From Octopus vulgaris (lineage: Eukaryota), in assembly GCA_951406725.2 (NCBI GenBank), contig OX597826.1, forward strand, positions 15,996,001-16,060,000: a stretch of DNA of 64,000 nucleotides, in the 5' to 3' direction. Shown one piece after another: positions 40,085-54,135 of the stretch. How positions within the stretch are numbered: position 1 is the stretch's first letter; every line of letters begins with the position of its first letter. A program made the position numbers and the translations under genes. The notes beneath the pieces are model-generated. The model was given only the letters and a program-made list of their open reading frames with translations, was not told where the DNA came from and made no database searches.

Positions 40085-42450
40085 TAAGCACTATTAGCCT
40101 TAAATTCTCTGTCTGTGTCTATGCAATAGTGTTTCTGTTGTCATAGCTTCCAGTGTATATAGGTCCCAATTCTATTCATGTCTGTGAATACGTTCTTTCT
40201 TACCCAGCACTTGTGATTCAGAGATAATATGATTTATTGTTTCTTCTACATCACTACATATTCTGCAGTTACTTGTATTTTCTTTTAGTTATGTGTTTCT
40301 AGTGATTTCTAGTGGGGAGGCTTTCATCTGCAATTCAAAATCCTTCTGTCTCTGGTTTGAGTCCTGAGCTTCTCAACCATAATTGCGATTTTGCTTTACC
40401 TATTCCTTTTCAGTTTAGCTTAACCCAGTATTTGCCATCGAGGTGTTTTTCTTGCCATCGTTTGATCATGATCCGTTGCTGTTCCAGTTTTAGTTTGGGT
40501 TTCAGTTGTTTTACAGCTTTTGTTGTTTCTTATTTTTCTTCATAGTTGTTAGGTTCTATTACTTCTTTTTTTGTATTTTTTAACCTCCTTCAAGCCTGAA
40601 AACAGCCGTTTTTTTGCTCTGGTTTGTGGCTATCTGTATCAGTTTTCCTTGCTTCAAAAGTAGGTATATTTGTAATCCTGTGGTGGTTATTTTATAGTCT
40701 TGTAGCTGTATAAGGCCTCTACCGCCTACATAAGTAATTGTATGTCTGCATTCGTCTAATACTCTTATTTCATTTACTATATCTAGTGTAATGCTACTCT
40801 TAACTAGTTTTGGTCTTCTCAAGAGCATAATGCCAAGAGAAATATGCTCTTCTCAAGAGCATATTTCTAACAGAAATATCATGTTTACTTCTTTGGGGAA
40901 TCCATGTACTGTCTGCAGTAATGTTTCCAGTAGTGTATCATGTATAGCATAAGTCTTAGTTCATTCATATACGAGAGATTGTTGATTGTTTTGTCGTAAC
41001 AGCTGTATCCACATCCAGTTCTAGTCGGGTAAATGTGTCAGTGCCAAGTAGAAGGGGTGTCGAGAAAACGTGTCTCCCGGGAATATTCCTCTCCCAATGA
41101 AGATGGCTTTGGCTTTAATAAGTCCCTCTTTTGTCTGGATCTTAAACAATCTTTGCCATTTATTCTTGGAATGATTCGTATATTTTATGACTCTTTTGCT
41201 ACCTTATTCATGCTACCATTTTTCTTGCTACCTTATTCATGCCTAGTGCTATAAAAAGTCTTTCGATAATCGATCCAAACCATAATTGCACTTTTCTTTT
41301 TTCTTTGGCAGTCTTCAGTTATGACAATTTTTGATAAGTAGCTGATTTTTACATCCGTATGAGTCCTTGCAGCATCCTTTCTCCTCTTCTGGAAACACAC
41401 TGTAGTCTCCCAGATGTCTGCCCATTCTCTCTGATATTATCGCAGTAAAGCCTTTGTAAATTGTAGGGAGACAAGTTATCGATCTGTAGTTTTGTTGGTT
41501 TGCCGTTTCAGTAGACTTGGAAATTAGGGTAGATTTTCCTTCCCTGAGTCATTCAGACATTGCCTCGGAATCTTCCAGTACCTCATTAAATTTTTCAGCC
41601 AGCGTTTTACGTATTTCTGTTAGATATTTTAACCACAAATTGGGCAACTTGTCGTCGCCCGGGTGTCTTTCAATTGCTAAGGTTATCTCTTCTGTTGTTA
41701 TAGGTATCCAGAGTTGTGTGTTTCTTATTTTGACAGATCATCTTTTCTAGGTTAGTTCTGTCGCCGTCCATATTTCTTTCTAAAATTCTTCCCCTCCTTT
41801 TCCTGTTGGTGCTGCATTGATCTCTATTTTATTTTTGCCAAGTCCTTGCTAGAATTTTAAGGGGTTGGAGGTGAACTGTTTGTTTTGCTCATAGAAACAT
41901 TGGCGTTTCTCACACCGGCAGATTCCCTGTCTTTTGGTGAGAATATCTTGTTTTAGCTGTTGTGTAATTTTGTACTTCCGTAGTATTTTACTTCTCTTCT
42001 TGTTGCTTAGTAGTGTAGTTTGACTACTAGTTTCATTAAGGATTTGACATATCCTTTATATTATTTACTGTCTTTTACTGAATATCCACAGGTTTTCTTT
42101 GGGTGATGATACACTTGTTTGTATAGATTTGAGGAGTTATCTAGCTTCTTTTGTGGTCACAGAGGCTGCTGCATATATTATATCCTTTAACCTTGCCATA
42201 TTGACATTTGTTTCCGTGACTATTAGTTCTGTGACGGCCAGGTTCATGTTATCTATTATGGATGTTGTCTTATTAATTTTTGAGAAGTACAATCGTTGGT
42301 CCACACTGAGATCTGTGGATTTTAATTCTTTGATTATACTCATTTTTAGAGTATCATAATCATTAATTTCGCCTTCACTATTTGCAGATTTTAGATTTCT
42401 TCCGCATTCTTTCCTGTTTATATTCTGGTTTGCGATTTTCTGGTTCAACA
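40085..42450 (-). pseudogene. R4/Dong-like LINE relic (RT and CCHC knuckle)
   Basis: NYRSITCLPTIYKGFTAII..EEEKGC..YGCKNQLLI; GGRGLIQL; CRICSDVEETINHIISES..IHRH. Confidence 0.85.
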
Positions 42451-42459
42451 CATTGAAAC

Positions 42460-43765
42460 TGTAAACAAAAACCGGAACTGCTAAGGACTTTTACTCGGAT
42501 TTTAAGACTGCGCGAACTCTCCTGTAACACCCCTTTCTGATCTCCTCTTTCATACCTGTATGCTGAATGCCAGAGCCCACATTTATTCCGAAGTTTTTGT
42601 ATTTTTGTTCCTGCACGAGGACCTCATTTCAGTAGTGTTGGCAGTGTCGTAAAGGATTACGACACTGTCAACACTACTGAAATGAGGTCCTCAGTTTCCC
42701 TTTCTGGAAAGTGGCATACGAACATTTATCAAAACCAAATTCCGTCTCAATGACATCAGTGAATACTTTCACAGTACGTAGCAGTTCCACAAGCTCATTG
42801 TCGTCATCACGATAGAATTTTAAGTCTCCTATAGAAAATAGATTACTTATATCCATACTCTGTTCAGTTTATATCCATTGGTATGGAGTATAAGGGTAAT
42901 GCAGAAAATTAAATCTGAAAGTGTAACACCTGGAAAATGCCGCAGCTGATATTAATATTTTTTGGGTGGTCAGTACTCCATTAGAGTGGTATAAAATATG
43001 GATTCGTATTCCACATTGATATGTTGTATTTCAGGAAGTTTGAAATGACAAGTGAAATTTTGAAGATATCCAGCGATTTCAAGATCCATAAATGCAGTAT
43101 GCTGCTGAAGTCTTTTTTATAATCAATCCATGCAGAACTGAGATTTTTGCGTTTGTTATGACAGTTCTCAAGGATCGTGTGATTGATTAAGTGTTAGCTT
43201 TGCGTCCATATGAGCCTCGTCGGCATCCTTTTTGTTCAGTGGGGAAATATTGTTCTGTTTCATAGATTTGTATGCCTTCTCCAAGGGAATGGATGTTAAA
43301 ATTTTATACATGGAAATTAGATATGTTATGGGCCCATAGTTTTGGAGAAATTTGGTTTCATTATTCTTCGGAGGAAGGTAAGTAATACCTCTTTGCGAAC
43401 GAATGAGGTGTTTTCGTAGGATTTCTAATAATTTCATTGAATAAGTGGACTAACTTTTCATGTGCGCACGGGGGCGAAGTGAGCCAAAACTTTGGCACCC
43501 TATCATCACTAGGTGATTTCCACTTATGGACCTTTGCGCATGTCATCCTTATCTCTGCTATTGTGATGTCTTACCTTGCTTGTTCTGGTAAGTTTTGGTA
43601 GTGTCCTTCTGTGCCTCTAACGCAGTTTGTATTTCCATTGTAAATATTTTCATCACTCCAGATATTTTTCCAGAGGTTTTCAACTTCTTCCATGGCAGTC
43701 GGGCCTTGGACTGTTATTTTCTTCCTCCTTATCTTTCTGTAGAATATTTTCGCATTGGATGTGAA

Positions 43766-43767
<2 letters not shown>
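42460..43767 (-). pseudogene. Second R4/Dong-like LINE RT relic abutting (TAA)n
   Basis: KWKSPSDDRVPKFWL, NYGPITYLISMYKILTSI, a WIDYKK-like motif, GIFQG, and DLKFY..LLRTVKVFTDVIETEFGFDKC. Confidence 0.85.
42617..42692. repeat. Palindrome (36-bp arms, AGGA loop) inside LINE coding sequence
   Basis: GAGGACCTCATTTCAGTAGTGTTGGCAGTGTCGTAA / TTACGACACTGTCAACACTACTGAAATGAGGTCCTC, one mismatch. Confidence 0.95.
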
Positions 43768-43834
<67 letters not shown>

Positions 43835-43862
43835 CATTATCATCATCATCATTAATATTATT
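43767..43862. repeat. (ATT)n/(ATC)n microsatellite
   Basis: Seen directly. Confidence 0.95.
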
Positions 43863-43884
43863 ATTTCCTCATAATTAGCTCATA

Positions 43885-44012
43885 TTTCGCCGTGGTCGAC
43901 TTTGCCTTTCGAACTTTTGGGCTCGTTAAACTAAGTACCAGTTGAAAATTGGGATCAATATAAAAGACTTCATCCCGCCAAATTGCTAACGATGTGCCAA
44001 AATTTGAACCAA
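43885..44012 (+). mobile_element. SINE family A fragment
   Basis: CGCCGTGGTCGACTTTGCCTTTC..AAGTACCAGTT core. Confidence 0.8.
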
Positions 44013-44181
44013 TAATTATTTCTTGGTTCGTAAAAGAATTTCAGCATTTAGATATTTCGATTATATTTTGCTGCAAAGATGCAAGGTGAAGATAACTGTT
44101 ACCATTTCAGCAATATGCGACAAAGGGATGTTAATCTGTGCATAACACTACGATACGATATACTACCGGACATACAGGTAT

Positions 44182-44239
<58 letters not shown>

Positions 44240-44241
<2 letters not shown>

Positions 44242-45772
44242 CAATATGTGTGTGTCTGTGTCATGGTCACGTCGTTAAACCTCGAGATCCAAACGATTTT
44301 AATGAAATTTTCACCATTACATTGAAAGGTTACCAAGAATGGTTCAAAGCCTAAAACATTTTGAAAAACTTACATGAGTTTGGGAACAAATCGATATAAT
44401 CGATAAATTCGGCTCTTTTGCAAGAAGGCAAAAGTTGTACGCGGGAAGACATTTTATAGGGGTAACCGATTTTCTTCAAACTTTTTGCAAAACATTTGTG
44501 ATACTTCGAAGTTTTTGGAGACTTATTAAACTTTTTCAAAACGCAGTCGTCTTGCGCGAAAATTTCGAAAAGTAGTGGAAATCGATTTTCCTTAAAACTC
44601 GAAACTTGAACTCTTGATAAATACTCAACACTGCAACTGATTTTGTTCAAATTTGTTGCAAAACATTTGTCATTCTACGAAAATTATGCACAGTGGGTTA
44701 ATTTTTTCTGACGGCAGGCATGTTGAACGATAATTGTGAAAGGCAATGAAAGAAATAGATCTTTTTGTTGAACTTGTAAATTAAACCTTTAATAACTTTT
44801 ATTCGCTGCAACCGATTTTTTTCAAACTTGGTAGGAACATTACATGTGATCAGAGTATTCGTTTCAACTATTCTTTCTCAATATTGTTTGTGCTCACGTT
44901 TAATTCCAAACGCTCTAAATAAGTGGTTCAAACTGGCTTTTGGTCTACACTTTCTAGCGATTAGAGTAAGTTTTCACCAGATTCAGATGAAACACTCCTA
45001 ATTATTTCAATATTTTTACTGTTTTACTTTAAAATTCTGTTTTTACTGAGACGCATCATATTTTAAACAATCCATAACAAACTACACAGTGTGAAACATA
45101 TTTAATAATGATATTTTAAAGACCGCTCACGACGTTTCTTCAACTTATTTAACTGGAAACAGTATTTTTTCACTGCAATTAAATCACATATGCGTTTTCC
45201 AGGGTTGAATCCAATTTGTATGCACTATCGATTTTCGCACGCAAGTTGTGTTAGTAAAATCAATACCTATTAGTTCATGGATGCATACACACAATATAAG
45301 TAAAAAGAAACGTGAAGCTCAGTTGCAGAAATAGCACCTTCTTGGCAAGCAATTGATATTGCATTCTACTTTGTTAATCGGCCTTTAACTTCTACCAGTA
45401 AAATCTGACAAAAGTTACAGTCTTACAACCCTACTTAAATAACCCAAACCTATACATCTAATCCTATTTTACCTTTCATTTCAGAATTTGTTACCTAAAT
45501 ATTATTTGCAAAGTCACAATAAACTTTTTTGGCCTATAAGTAGTATTTCTAGACAAGCTTGCCACTCATTGCATATCCCTTTCACATTTAACCTGCTTGG
45601 TAATTATTGTCGCACAATATACTTAAACAACCCAATATACTAAATACTGCATTAGCTATGTCTCGGTTCCCATGTAGTGCTGGAATGCATAAGAGGTAAA
45701 CATCTATTTGCCAACATTGGCGTATAAGATTATTCTTTTACTTTTTCTTCGATTCAAAGATATCCATTAACC
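44240..45772 (+). mobile_element. Helitron 5' non-coding region with repeats at ~170 bp spacing
   Basis: ACCGATTTTCTTCAAACTT-like motif at ~44466, 44636 and 44811, directly upstream of the Rep pseudogene. Confidence 0.5.
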
Positions 45773-48430
45773 ATGACTAGACGGTCTCTATCGTCAATCG
45801 GACGCAACACTGCGCGAATTTCGAAATTGAAAACAAGGCAAGTTAATGAAACGTCAGAAGAAATTAATGGTAGGTTAAGCCAAAATGCTTTGAGGAGAGC
45901 TATTGCAAGAACAATGGCTACCGATGAACAACGTTTGATACGTCAAAAAAAGAAATGCTGCAGGAGCTGTAGCTGCTCGAGCGGCAGAGACTGACGGATA
46001 GTGTATAGTCCGATTTCTTTATTCGGATAGGGTATAGTCCGGCAGAAGAGAAATTATGCACGACTGCTGCTGCTTGAGCAACAAAATATCATGAACAGAG
46101 TTTTTTGCGTCAAAGGACTGATGCTAGAACAGTAGAGAATGACGTACAACGTTAGAGACCGTCAGAAGAGAAATACCACAGCAACTGCTACTGCTGCTGC
46201 TGCTAGAGCTGCAGAAACCCCCAACTGATCTAGATAACCGGCTTGAGGGTAATGTAATTCGCAGAGCTGCCACTAGACAGGGTACTTCAAGTGTATGTTC
46301 TTTACGGTGGTCGTGGAAGGCGTTCAACTATGATCCAAAATGTAACTATGCTGTTCTACCTGACATACTAATTGGTAGTATGTCCATCATTTGGCAATAT
46401 GCTCCGCCAAAAAGTGGCCAGGAGAAAGTCCTGGAATGTGTTGCTGTAATGGAAAGGTTAAACCTCCCATCCTGGAGGATCCATTTCAACTATTGAAGCG
46501 TTTATTAGGTTCATTATCAGATTGAAAACATTACCGCAACAACATCGAAAAGTACGATTGCGTGTTCCAATTGACATGTTTTGGGGCAAACGTTGCCAGT
46601 GATGTTGCTTTTATTCTTATTTTTATAGTACAGGGACAAGTTTACCACAAGACTGAACCACTCCAGTTTCCTGCCTCAATTTCTTCAACTTTACTTTATT
46701 GGTGACTATCACGAAGAAGCAGAAAAGTGAATCTCAATTTCATTCGGAACGAGAGAAGAGTTTACACTTCAGCTTCAGGATATGCTACACACGAAGAACA
46801 GCTACATCCAGAGCTTCAAACATGCATTAGAAGTATCGACCTCGCCAGAATTCAATGTCATTCTTAATACTGACTAATGGCCGAACAAAGAGTTTGCTGG
46901 GCGCTACAATATACCTTTCTGCAATGAGGTTGGCATTGTTCTTCATGGTGAACAACATAACAAATGAGATATTGTTCCTAAACTTCGTGATAACACTCTC
47001 CAAAGAATTTGTGAAACACACACATCATACGATGCTTTTCAGTATCCACTGCTCTTCGTGAATGGTGAGGATGGCTACCATTTCGGCATTCCACAGGATA
47101 ATACCAACAATCCGGATAAACAAACCACCAAATCTGTTTCTTTCATGGCCTTTTTCTTTTTATGATCCGCCCAACTCTTTCAACCACCTACATCATTCGC
47201 GTGACCTCTTCCACAAATTCGCAGTTGGCATGGCTGCGAAAATGGAGTCGGAAAGACTGTGCATCGTAAGGTTAAACCTGACAAAACTTCATTTAGACAA
47301 TTACATTCATCTTAGAGACTCCATCAGCAATGGCGAACATCTCAGAAGCATGAAGCAATTGTGCATCTTACCTTCAACTTACACAGGAGGTCCCCGATAC
47401 ATGCATGAACCAAAAAAAGGATGCGGTGATATTCGTGCGGCACTAGTGCAGACCAGATTTATTTATTACTTTTACATGCATCAGCGAAAATCTCAGAAGC
47501 ATGGGGCAATTGTGCATCTTACCTTAAACTTACACAGGAGGTCTCCGATACATGCATGAACCAATAAAAGATGCGGTGACATTCGTGCGGCACTAGTGCA
47601 GACCAGATTTATTTATTACTTTTACATGCAACCCAACGTGGAAGGAGATTAAGGATGAATTTTTTCCCGGCCAAAATGTCAAGGACAGGCATGACTTCAT
47701 GGCCAGAGTCTTCTTACTTAAATTATTAAAACTTATGGAACTCCTTATAAAAAGGCAGGTATTTGGGTCAGTAAAATGTGACATGTTCGCAACTGACTGG
47801 GAGAGACGTGCGCGTCCAAATGCGTATATTTTAACTTGGCTATCAAAAAAAAGTAAATTTTTCTGATATAGACATGATTATCTCCGGCGAGCTTCCAAAT
47901 ACCTCAACTGACAAGGATTGATATGACAAAGTAAAGGCCCACATGGTGCATAGGCCTTGCGGACATTGCTTCAACCCAAACTCACCATGCCTGAAAGACA
48001 GTTTGTGCACTAAAATGGTTCCCCAACAGTTCCCTCTCGAAACGGAGACTGGAAACAATGGGTATCCATTGTACAGACGAAGACGACATAAAGATGGAGG
48101 CCCCACTGCAAAAGTTAGCCAGTACAAAATAGACACGAGATGGATAGATCCTTACTCTCTTCTACTAAAGAATTTCGACATCCATATCAACTTTACCGTT
48201 TGCAACTTTGTCAAATCTATCATGTACGCCCGTAAATAGGTGAATAATGGTTCGAACGGTGCTATGTTTGGTATTCAAATCAACAACAATTGAGATGAGG
48301 TAACTCAGTAACAAGCGGGTCGTTGTGTCAGTACAAACGAAATGTTTGGCGCACGCTCAGCTTCCCAAAGCACCAAAGGTATCCTGCTATTGAGCGGCTT
48401 GTGGTACATCTTGAAAAGGAACAAAGAGTG
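45773..48430 (+). pseudogene. Helitron Rep pseudogene, truncated before the helicase domain
   Basis: GMCCCNGKV, QGQVYH, HTSYDAFQYPLLF, LPSTYTGGPRYMHE, PDLFITFTCNPTW, DWERRARPNAYIL (degenerate HUH), MVHRPCG..NPNSPC, GYPLYRRR. Internal ~150 bp tandem duplication at 47340-47630. Confidence 0.92.
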
Positions 48431-48449
48431 TAGTTCACTACTGCGACTG

Positions 48450-48730
48450 TTTGTGATTAATCTATATATTTTGTATCTTTTCATTTGTGTTGCTCGCTTA
48501 TGTTTCTGGCGTTTGCTAAATATTCTTGAGAACCTTCTTTTCTTAGTGGTAAGACCATAGGGGGTCGACTTCTAGCATATGGATGTCCACTTCTAGCATA
48601 TGGTCATCCCTCTTATACGTATGCAATAGATTTTTTTTGAATCTTCAGATTTTTCTATATGCTAGACTATTGGTTTTATACTGACATTAATCAAATTGAT
48701 ATTCAATTTTTCACCCTTATTTTAAATTCA
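48450..48730 (+). mobile_element. Diverged fragment of the 24501-25316 family
   Basis: TTTCATTTGTGTTGCTCGC..TTCTAGCATATGG..TTCAGATTTTTCTATATGCTAGACTATTGGTTTTA matches 24641-24845 across the unit junction. Confidence 0.65.
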
Positions 48731-48828
48731 TATATATATAAGTATAAATTTATAAATAAGGATAATATCGATATTATCAAGTGGCCAGCATGGGAAAAAA
48801 TACCATACAAAGGTAATAATTTTTTACA

Positions 48829-49320
48829 ACTAAAAGTACAGGTGTCTGAGAGACATCACCATGCTTAAATATCAGTAAAATCCCTGACTCTAAAAACCAC
48901 GTTAAATGTTCTTATCGCACCATGAGATAAGACAGCGAGACAAAATAGACCAGCAAAAATATTACTGAATAATTCAAGATCCTGGATTTCTAGCTTTGCT
49001 TTAAATAAGCTTTGCCGTCATCAGTTGAATAAATCAAAAGTACATAAATACAAAGATATATATGCAGAACAAACGTTATATTTACATATACGAACGTCCA
49101 TACATACATATATATGCACGTATGTACAAGGCTAGTTTAAATTGCCCGCCAAAGCTAGAAATCCAGGATCTTGAATTATTCAGTAATATTTTTGCTGGTC
49201 TATTTTGTCTCTCTGTCTTATCTCATGGTGCGATATGAACATTTAACGTGGTTTTTAGAGTCAGGGATTTGACTGCTATTTTGGCATGGTGGTGTCTCTC
49301 AGACACCCTTATTTTTAGTT
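48829..49320. mobile_element. Tail-out inverted pair of a hammerhead-bearing repeat
   Basis: 48829-48998 is the reverse complement of 49150-49320; the right arm runs into (TA)n. Confidence 0.85.
48972..49030 (-). ncRNA. Type I hammerhead ribozyme (AUC site)
   Basis: ATTCAA-CTGATGA-CGGCAAAGCTTATTTAAAGCAAAGCTA-GAAAT-CCAGG-ATC/TTGAAT; perfect 6-bp stem I. Confidence 0.75.
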
Positions 49321-49327
49321 ATATAAT

Positions 49328-49393
<66 letters not shown>

Positions 49394-49923
49394 AATTGTA
49401 TGTAAATGTATGTAAATAATAACCAGATAATAAGGCGCAGTATACGTATGCTCCAAAGTAAAGCGCTAGTCGTGTTTATAGGGTAATAGGAAATGAAATA
49501 AATGTGTATGTAACTGAAAATGGTGCTAAGGAATTCATTATCGTACCTCTGACTCTACTATAGGATATAGAGAACTCAGATGTGCCTAATTCGGCAATAC
49601 ATTATAACTAAAATGTAACTTCACATTTTGAGTGTAAGATAATTTTTTAAAGCAGTTCCATATATGAAAACATTACTGTTGAAAAAACAAAAACATTCGT
49701 GATAAATGAGGAGAGCCTTAAGTTCACTGATGCTCAAAACAAATAGGTACACTCAGTAAGGAACCGTTGGTTCCAATTTCACAGCTGAGGCTGGAGCTAG
49801 GGATCTGTTTTAGGCTTCCGTGTTAGCAGGTATATATTAGAGGAAATGGACAACAAAATCCAAGGCAGGACGATTATCCCAAGTCGTTTATAATAATTTA
49901 ATTACGGTAAGGTTAATTTGAAA

Positions 49924-49998
49924 TATTGCAGCTGTTTCTGGGATATCCCACGTGACAGGCTACCATGTCCGTACACTTTGGTATTCCGTCATCAGAGA
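49924..49998 (-). ncRNA. Degenerate hammerhead ribozyme motif
   Basis: TCT-CTGATGA-CGGAATACC..GGATATCCCA-GAAAC-AGCT-GCA; cleavage triplet (GCA) and stem I are damaged. Confidence 0.5.
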
Positions 49999-51580
49999 CA
50001 AGGAGATTATGCATGAAAGTTCTAGAAATGGAACTTCTCAGAATTTAATGAATAAAATAGAAAAATAAAGGTAAAATGTAGATAGAAGTATACAGACAGT
50101 AGAACAAAGTTCCCTGCTCATCCATTGCCAGAGGGTATGGAGGCTGGACCGTACATCCGTGAAGATATATGTACATAGGTATAATCCCAGGTAACTTTAG
50201 ACAGTATTTTTGCAGTATTTTGAATGATGCATTCATGTTGAAGTGGTTAGCTAGTATGTAAATAGTTCGCATATGTATATGGAGTGAGAAAGACAGACAT
50301 CAAGATAGACAGAAATTGGTTGTGATTGAGTGGATATAAGAGGGAGAAGAAAGAGAAAAAAGAAGGAAAAAGAAAGAAAAGTCAGGGATGGAATCGAAGG
50401 AATGAGAGCGAAAGTGAAGCAAAATCAAAAATCAAAATAAATAATCTACAACATATTACATAATTTTTGAAAGGGCATAGGAAATCCACGTCCCTATTCA
50501 ACCACACACACCATCCGATAAATAAGAAAATACCATATAAGATATCCTTGGCCATAATAGATTGTGATGTCCAATGCTAAGGCCAGCGCTTCATATGTAG
50601 ACTCAGAATTTTCGATCATTGATCAACTGTTCGTAGGTCAATAAAAGACCAATAAAAGACAAATATTAGGTGTCTGTAACTAGATCGCTGTTAAGTACAC
50701 ATCATTTACATTCTCTTCGGCACTAGACAAATCTCAACGATAGCGATATTGATAAAAAGATCAATCTGTGGGAGTCGATGAAGTCGATTTGTCTTCTCAT
50801 ATTTGAATAAATTTTGGGTGTGAAGAAACACAATTTGCTTCAGAAATCTTTAACATGACAGCGCTATCGAACGCACAACGCGTTCAAGAAAACCTCTATA
50901 TGTTGAACTTTGCCAAATGCGCCCAGAGAAACGAAAACTTTCTAGTCGTAACCTATCATTGACGGCTTGTACATTCATGTCAAGTATTTTTTGTAATGTA
51001 CAGGATGAATCCAAAATCAGCGAATTCAGCAGTAAAGATAGTCTCGTAATCCCCTTCAAAAGAATAGGCAATCTTCTATCTTGTTTCTAATGAAATATAT
51101 TTTGTGTTAGTCATTTACTCATATTCCTAGTCTCCCTTCCTAACGATAGGCTGACGTTTAACTGAGAGATTCAGGACGAGCAGGAAAGACATTGGAGCAA
51201 CACAGAGCAAGAGAGAATAGAGGATATATAGGATGACATATTTTGTTATGAATTGGCTACTCTTTACTTTCTATATATATATATTACGAACAGCTACTGT
51301 TAAGTAAAATTATCCCCATTTCTTTGTCTGAGAATCATATGTTGTTTGTTGAGCTAATATATAACAATGAAATGACGTAAGAATTAACATTAATTTCAGT
51401 TCAGAAAATTGAAGGATCATACTTTTGATTGACAACACTCACTGATGTATGAAAGCTATTTCGAGTGTTGAAAAATACGATTGCATATATCTTTTACAAA
51501 TAGGTTTTAGATAATTGCACAACAGAAAAGTGTTCATCAATGATTTGGTTAAGTGACTATTATTTCTTTCAAATTGAAAT

Positions 51581-52827
51581 TACGAGGGTTGGCTGGATAT
51601 TTCATAGGGTGACTAAGGTTCACCCATGGAATGTGATCATATGCAGTTCATTTTAAACATATTCCACTTTGTGCTTCACACATTTCGATTGGTGTTGTAG
51701 TGCTTAGTTCCCATTGGTGAAGCGGCTTTCACACTTTTGTTAAAAGAAGTCACAAAAAGCAGGTGTGATGTCATCAACTCTGGGATACTGTTTCCAACCC
51801 AAGTGATTTTTCATGCGAAACATATCATGGTCAAATGGGGATAAATCAAGGGAATATGAGCCTGATTAACCAATTCAAAGCCACAGTAACTTACAGCAAC
51901 CACTGAATCCAATGACTTGTGTAATGGAGCATTCTGCCGATGAAACACTAAATCCTTTCGTCCTGAAACCATTTCGTAACTATCCCAGCAAGTTGGCATA
52001 GTATCATCCATTGATGAGGATGGCATTTTATTGATAAATAGAATGTTATTGCATCCCCCAAAATTGCGGCCATCACCCTCCCGCGAGTTGAAACAACGTT
52101 GCCCTTGTTTTGATCAGGTGAATAGGGTTATTTCCATTGCATGGATTGCCTTTCTGTCTCTGGTTCAAACAAATGAACCCAACATTTTTCCTCGGTTTGG
52201 AAACGGCCAAGGAAACCGGCCGGATCTGCCTCAAACAATGTGAGATCATTCTCGTGGTATGATCAGCTTCAAGTACTTTTAATCAGGTATGAGAAGACAC
52301 GGAGAGATGTTCATCATACCAAGTTCATTGTGAAGAATATTCTCAACTTCCACACGGGATAAGCTAATAGCATAGGCTATTTAATTATAGTCAATCGCCT
52401 GTCACCCATTACCATGTGGTGAATATGATCAATGTTTTCCTCAGTGGTAGCAGTTACTGGACGCCCAGCTATTGGGTCATCTTCGAAGCATTTCGTTCCC
52501 CTCCTGAATTCAGCTGCCCAATGTTGCACTGTTGATGAAGAAAACGCGTCATTCTTAATTTAGCAGCCATGACTCCATGAATATCCTGCGGGCCTAAAAC
52601 CTTTTTCTGCAAGTACTATTTAACATCACGATACCAAATGTTGTCCATTTTCAAGAGAATGCGCTACCAACTACATTTGAAGTCTTCTTTGAACTGTCAG
52701 ATATCCGTTTATCTGCAAAGACACAACGCATTTATTAAGAGGATTTGAAATTAATGCACGAAACATTTCACAGGTCTAGCGTTCCTCCTTCATAGTCAGC
52801 CGATGAGGTTTTCACCCGACCCTTTTA
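51581..52827 (-). pseudogene. Mariner element relic with degenerate TIRs
   Basis: Left TACGAGGGTTGGCTG..TGACTA and right TAGTCAGCC..CGACCCTT; LVFHRQNAPLHKS..CGFELV (LFHQDNAPAH motif). Confidence 0.8.
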
Positions 52828-53210
52828 CTTTTTTACAATGAGATATTGTTTTTGAGACTGATAACGATTGTGATCAAACATGAAGATGATGATGATGATA
52901 TTGCTATTGTTGATAGCGACAATATTGATGCGGGTGATGGCAACGATGATGAAAGCAACAACGATGATAATGGTGATGAAACGCTGAAAAGTGAACATTT
53001 GACAAAATGACAAAATAGATTCCTTCTTAAAGTAATTGAGTGCTGTATTGATGTGTTAGGCATAAATACATTGCGAGGCGTTTCATCCTAAAGGTACCGC
53101 TAATCAGCAGATCTTTTCATGTTTATATCTAGTTATAATAACTACGTTACATGAGACTTTGTATTTATATATATATATATAGGAAAAAAGCAACAAGAAT
53201 GGATTAAAAT

Positions 53211-53284
53211 CTCGGTACAATCGTTTCGTACGAGGACATCTTTAATAAGCTACAAAAAATGCAGTGAATACAGATGGCTCGTAC
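53211..53284 (-). ncRNA. Truncated hammerhead motif (stem II and 3' half-core only) between TA tracts
   Basis: GTACGAG..(57 nt total)..CTCGTAC-GAAAC-GATT-GTA/CCGAG; CUGANGA is absent. Confidence 0.45.
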
Positions 53285-54095
53285 TGTGAATTCATTAGAA
53301 TTCACTTGAATCTCAATTACATAACCGTATATATATATATATATATATATATAGCACTGCTAAATATCTCAAGAACCCGGCAGGTCTTCTTCGAGTCAGT
53401 GTTGTTTTGAGGGTTAGAAAGAAATATGCATTTCGTTTATAATACAGTGTTAAATAATATAAATGATATAGACTCTGAAACGTATTTTTGAATATAAATG
53501 ATAGACGGCAACCTCATTACACCAATGATAAATCTCTAATTCTTCCATAATTTGAAAGAAATAAGAGTGAATAGCAAAATTTCGAAAAGGATAATAATGA
53601 AAACCGAAGGAATAATATAAATAACACATATTTCTGCTGCCTCAAACAGTTGAAATATATGAAGCAATAGTTATGAAATATTTTCTCAGCATTTCCTATA
53701 CACAATTTTGGGGAGAGTACTATTTATTGTATAAACCTATCCCTGCATTTATCTCCATTAAATAAAATGGTGAACGCTGTTGAGAGGAATTATGGCAAAC
53801 AATTCAATATTTGTCAGTATTTTGGCCAAAGTTTTCTGACGTGATTTCCCTGTTAATACATGAACATTTTTTGCGTTACGTCTTGCGTTATAGCAGAAAA
53901 TTTTGTTTTATAATCAGTACTCATAAAAACCTCAATATCTGTCTTCTCTATTTCCCTGTCTCTCTCTCTCTCTCTCTCTACATAAACACGCATAAAGACA
54001 GACAGATACACACACATACACACACACATACACACCCACACAAAGACACACATACATATAAGAGTATATGTACATACATATATATATATAGTATA

Positions 54096-54135
<40 letters not shown>

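Noticed and set aside
47340-47630. ~150-bp tandem duplication in Helitron Rep
   Set aside because: Ordinary post-insertion duplication in a dead element.
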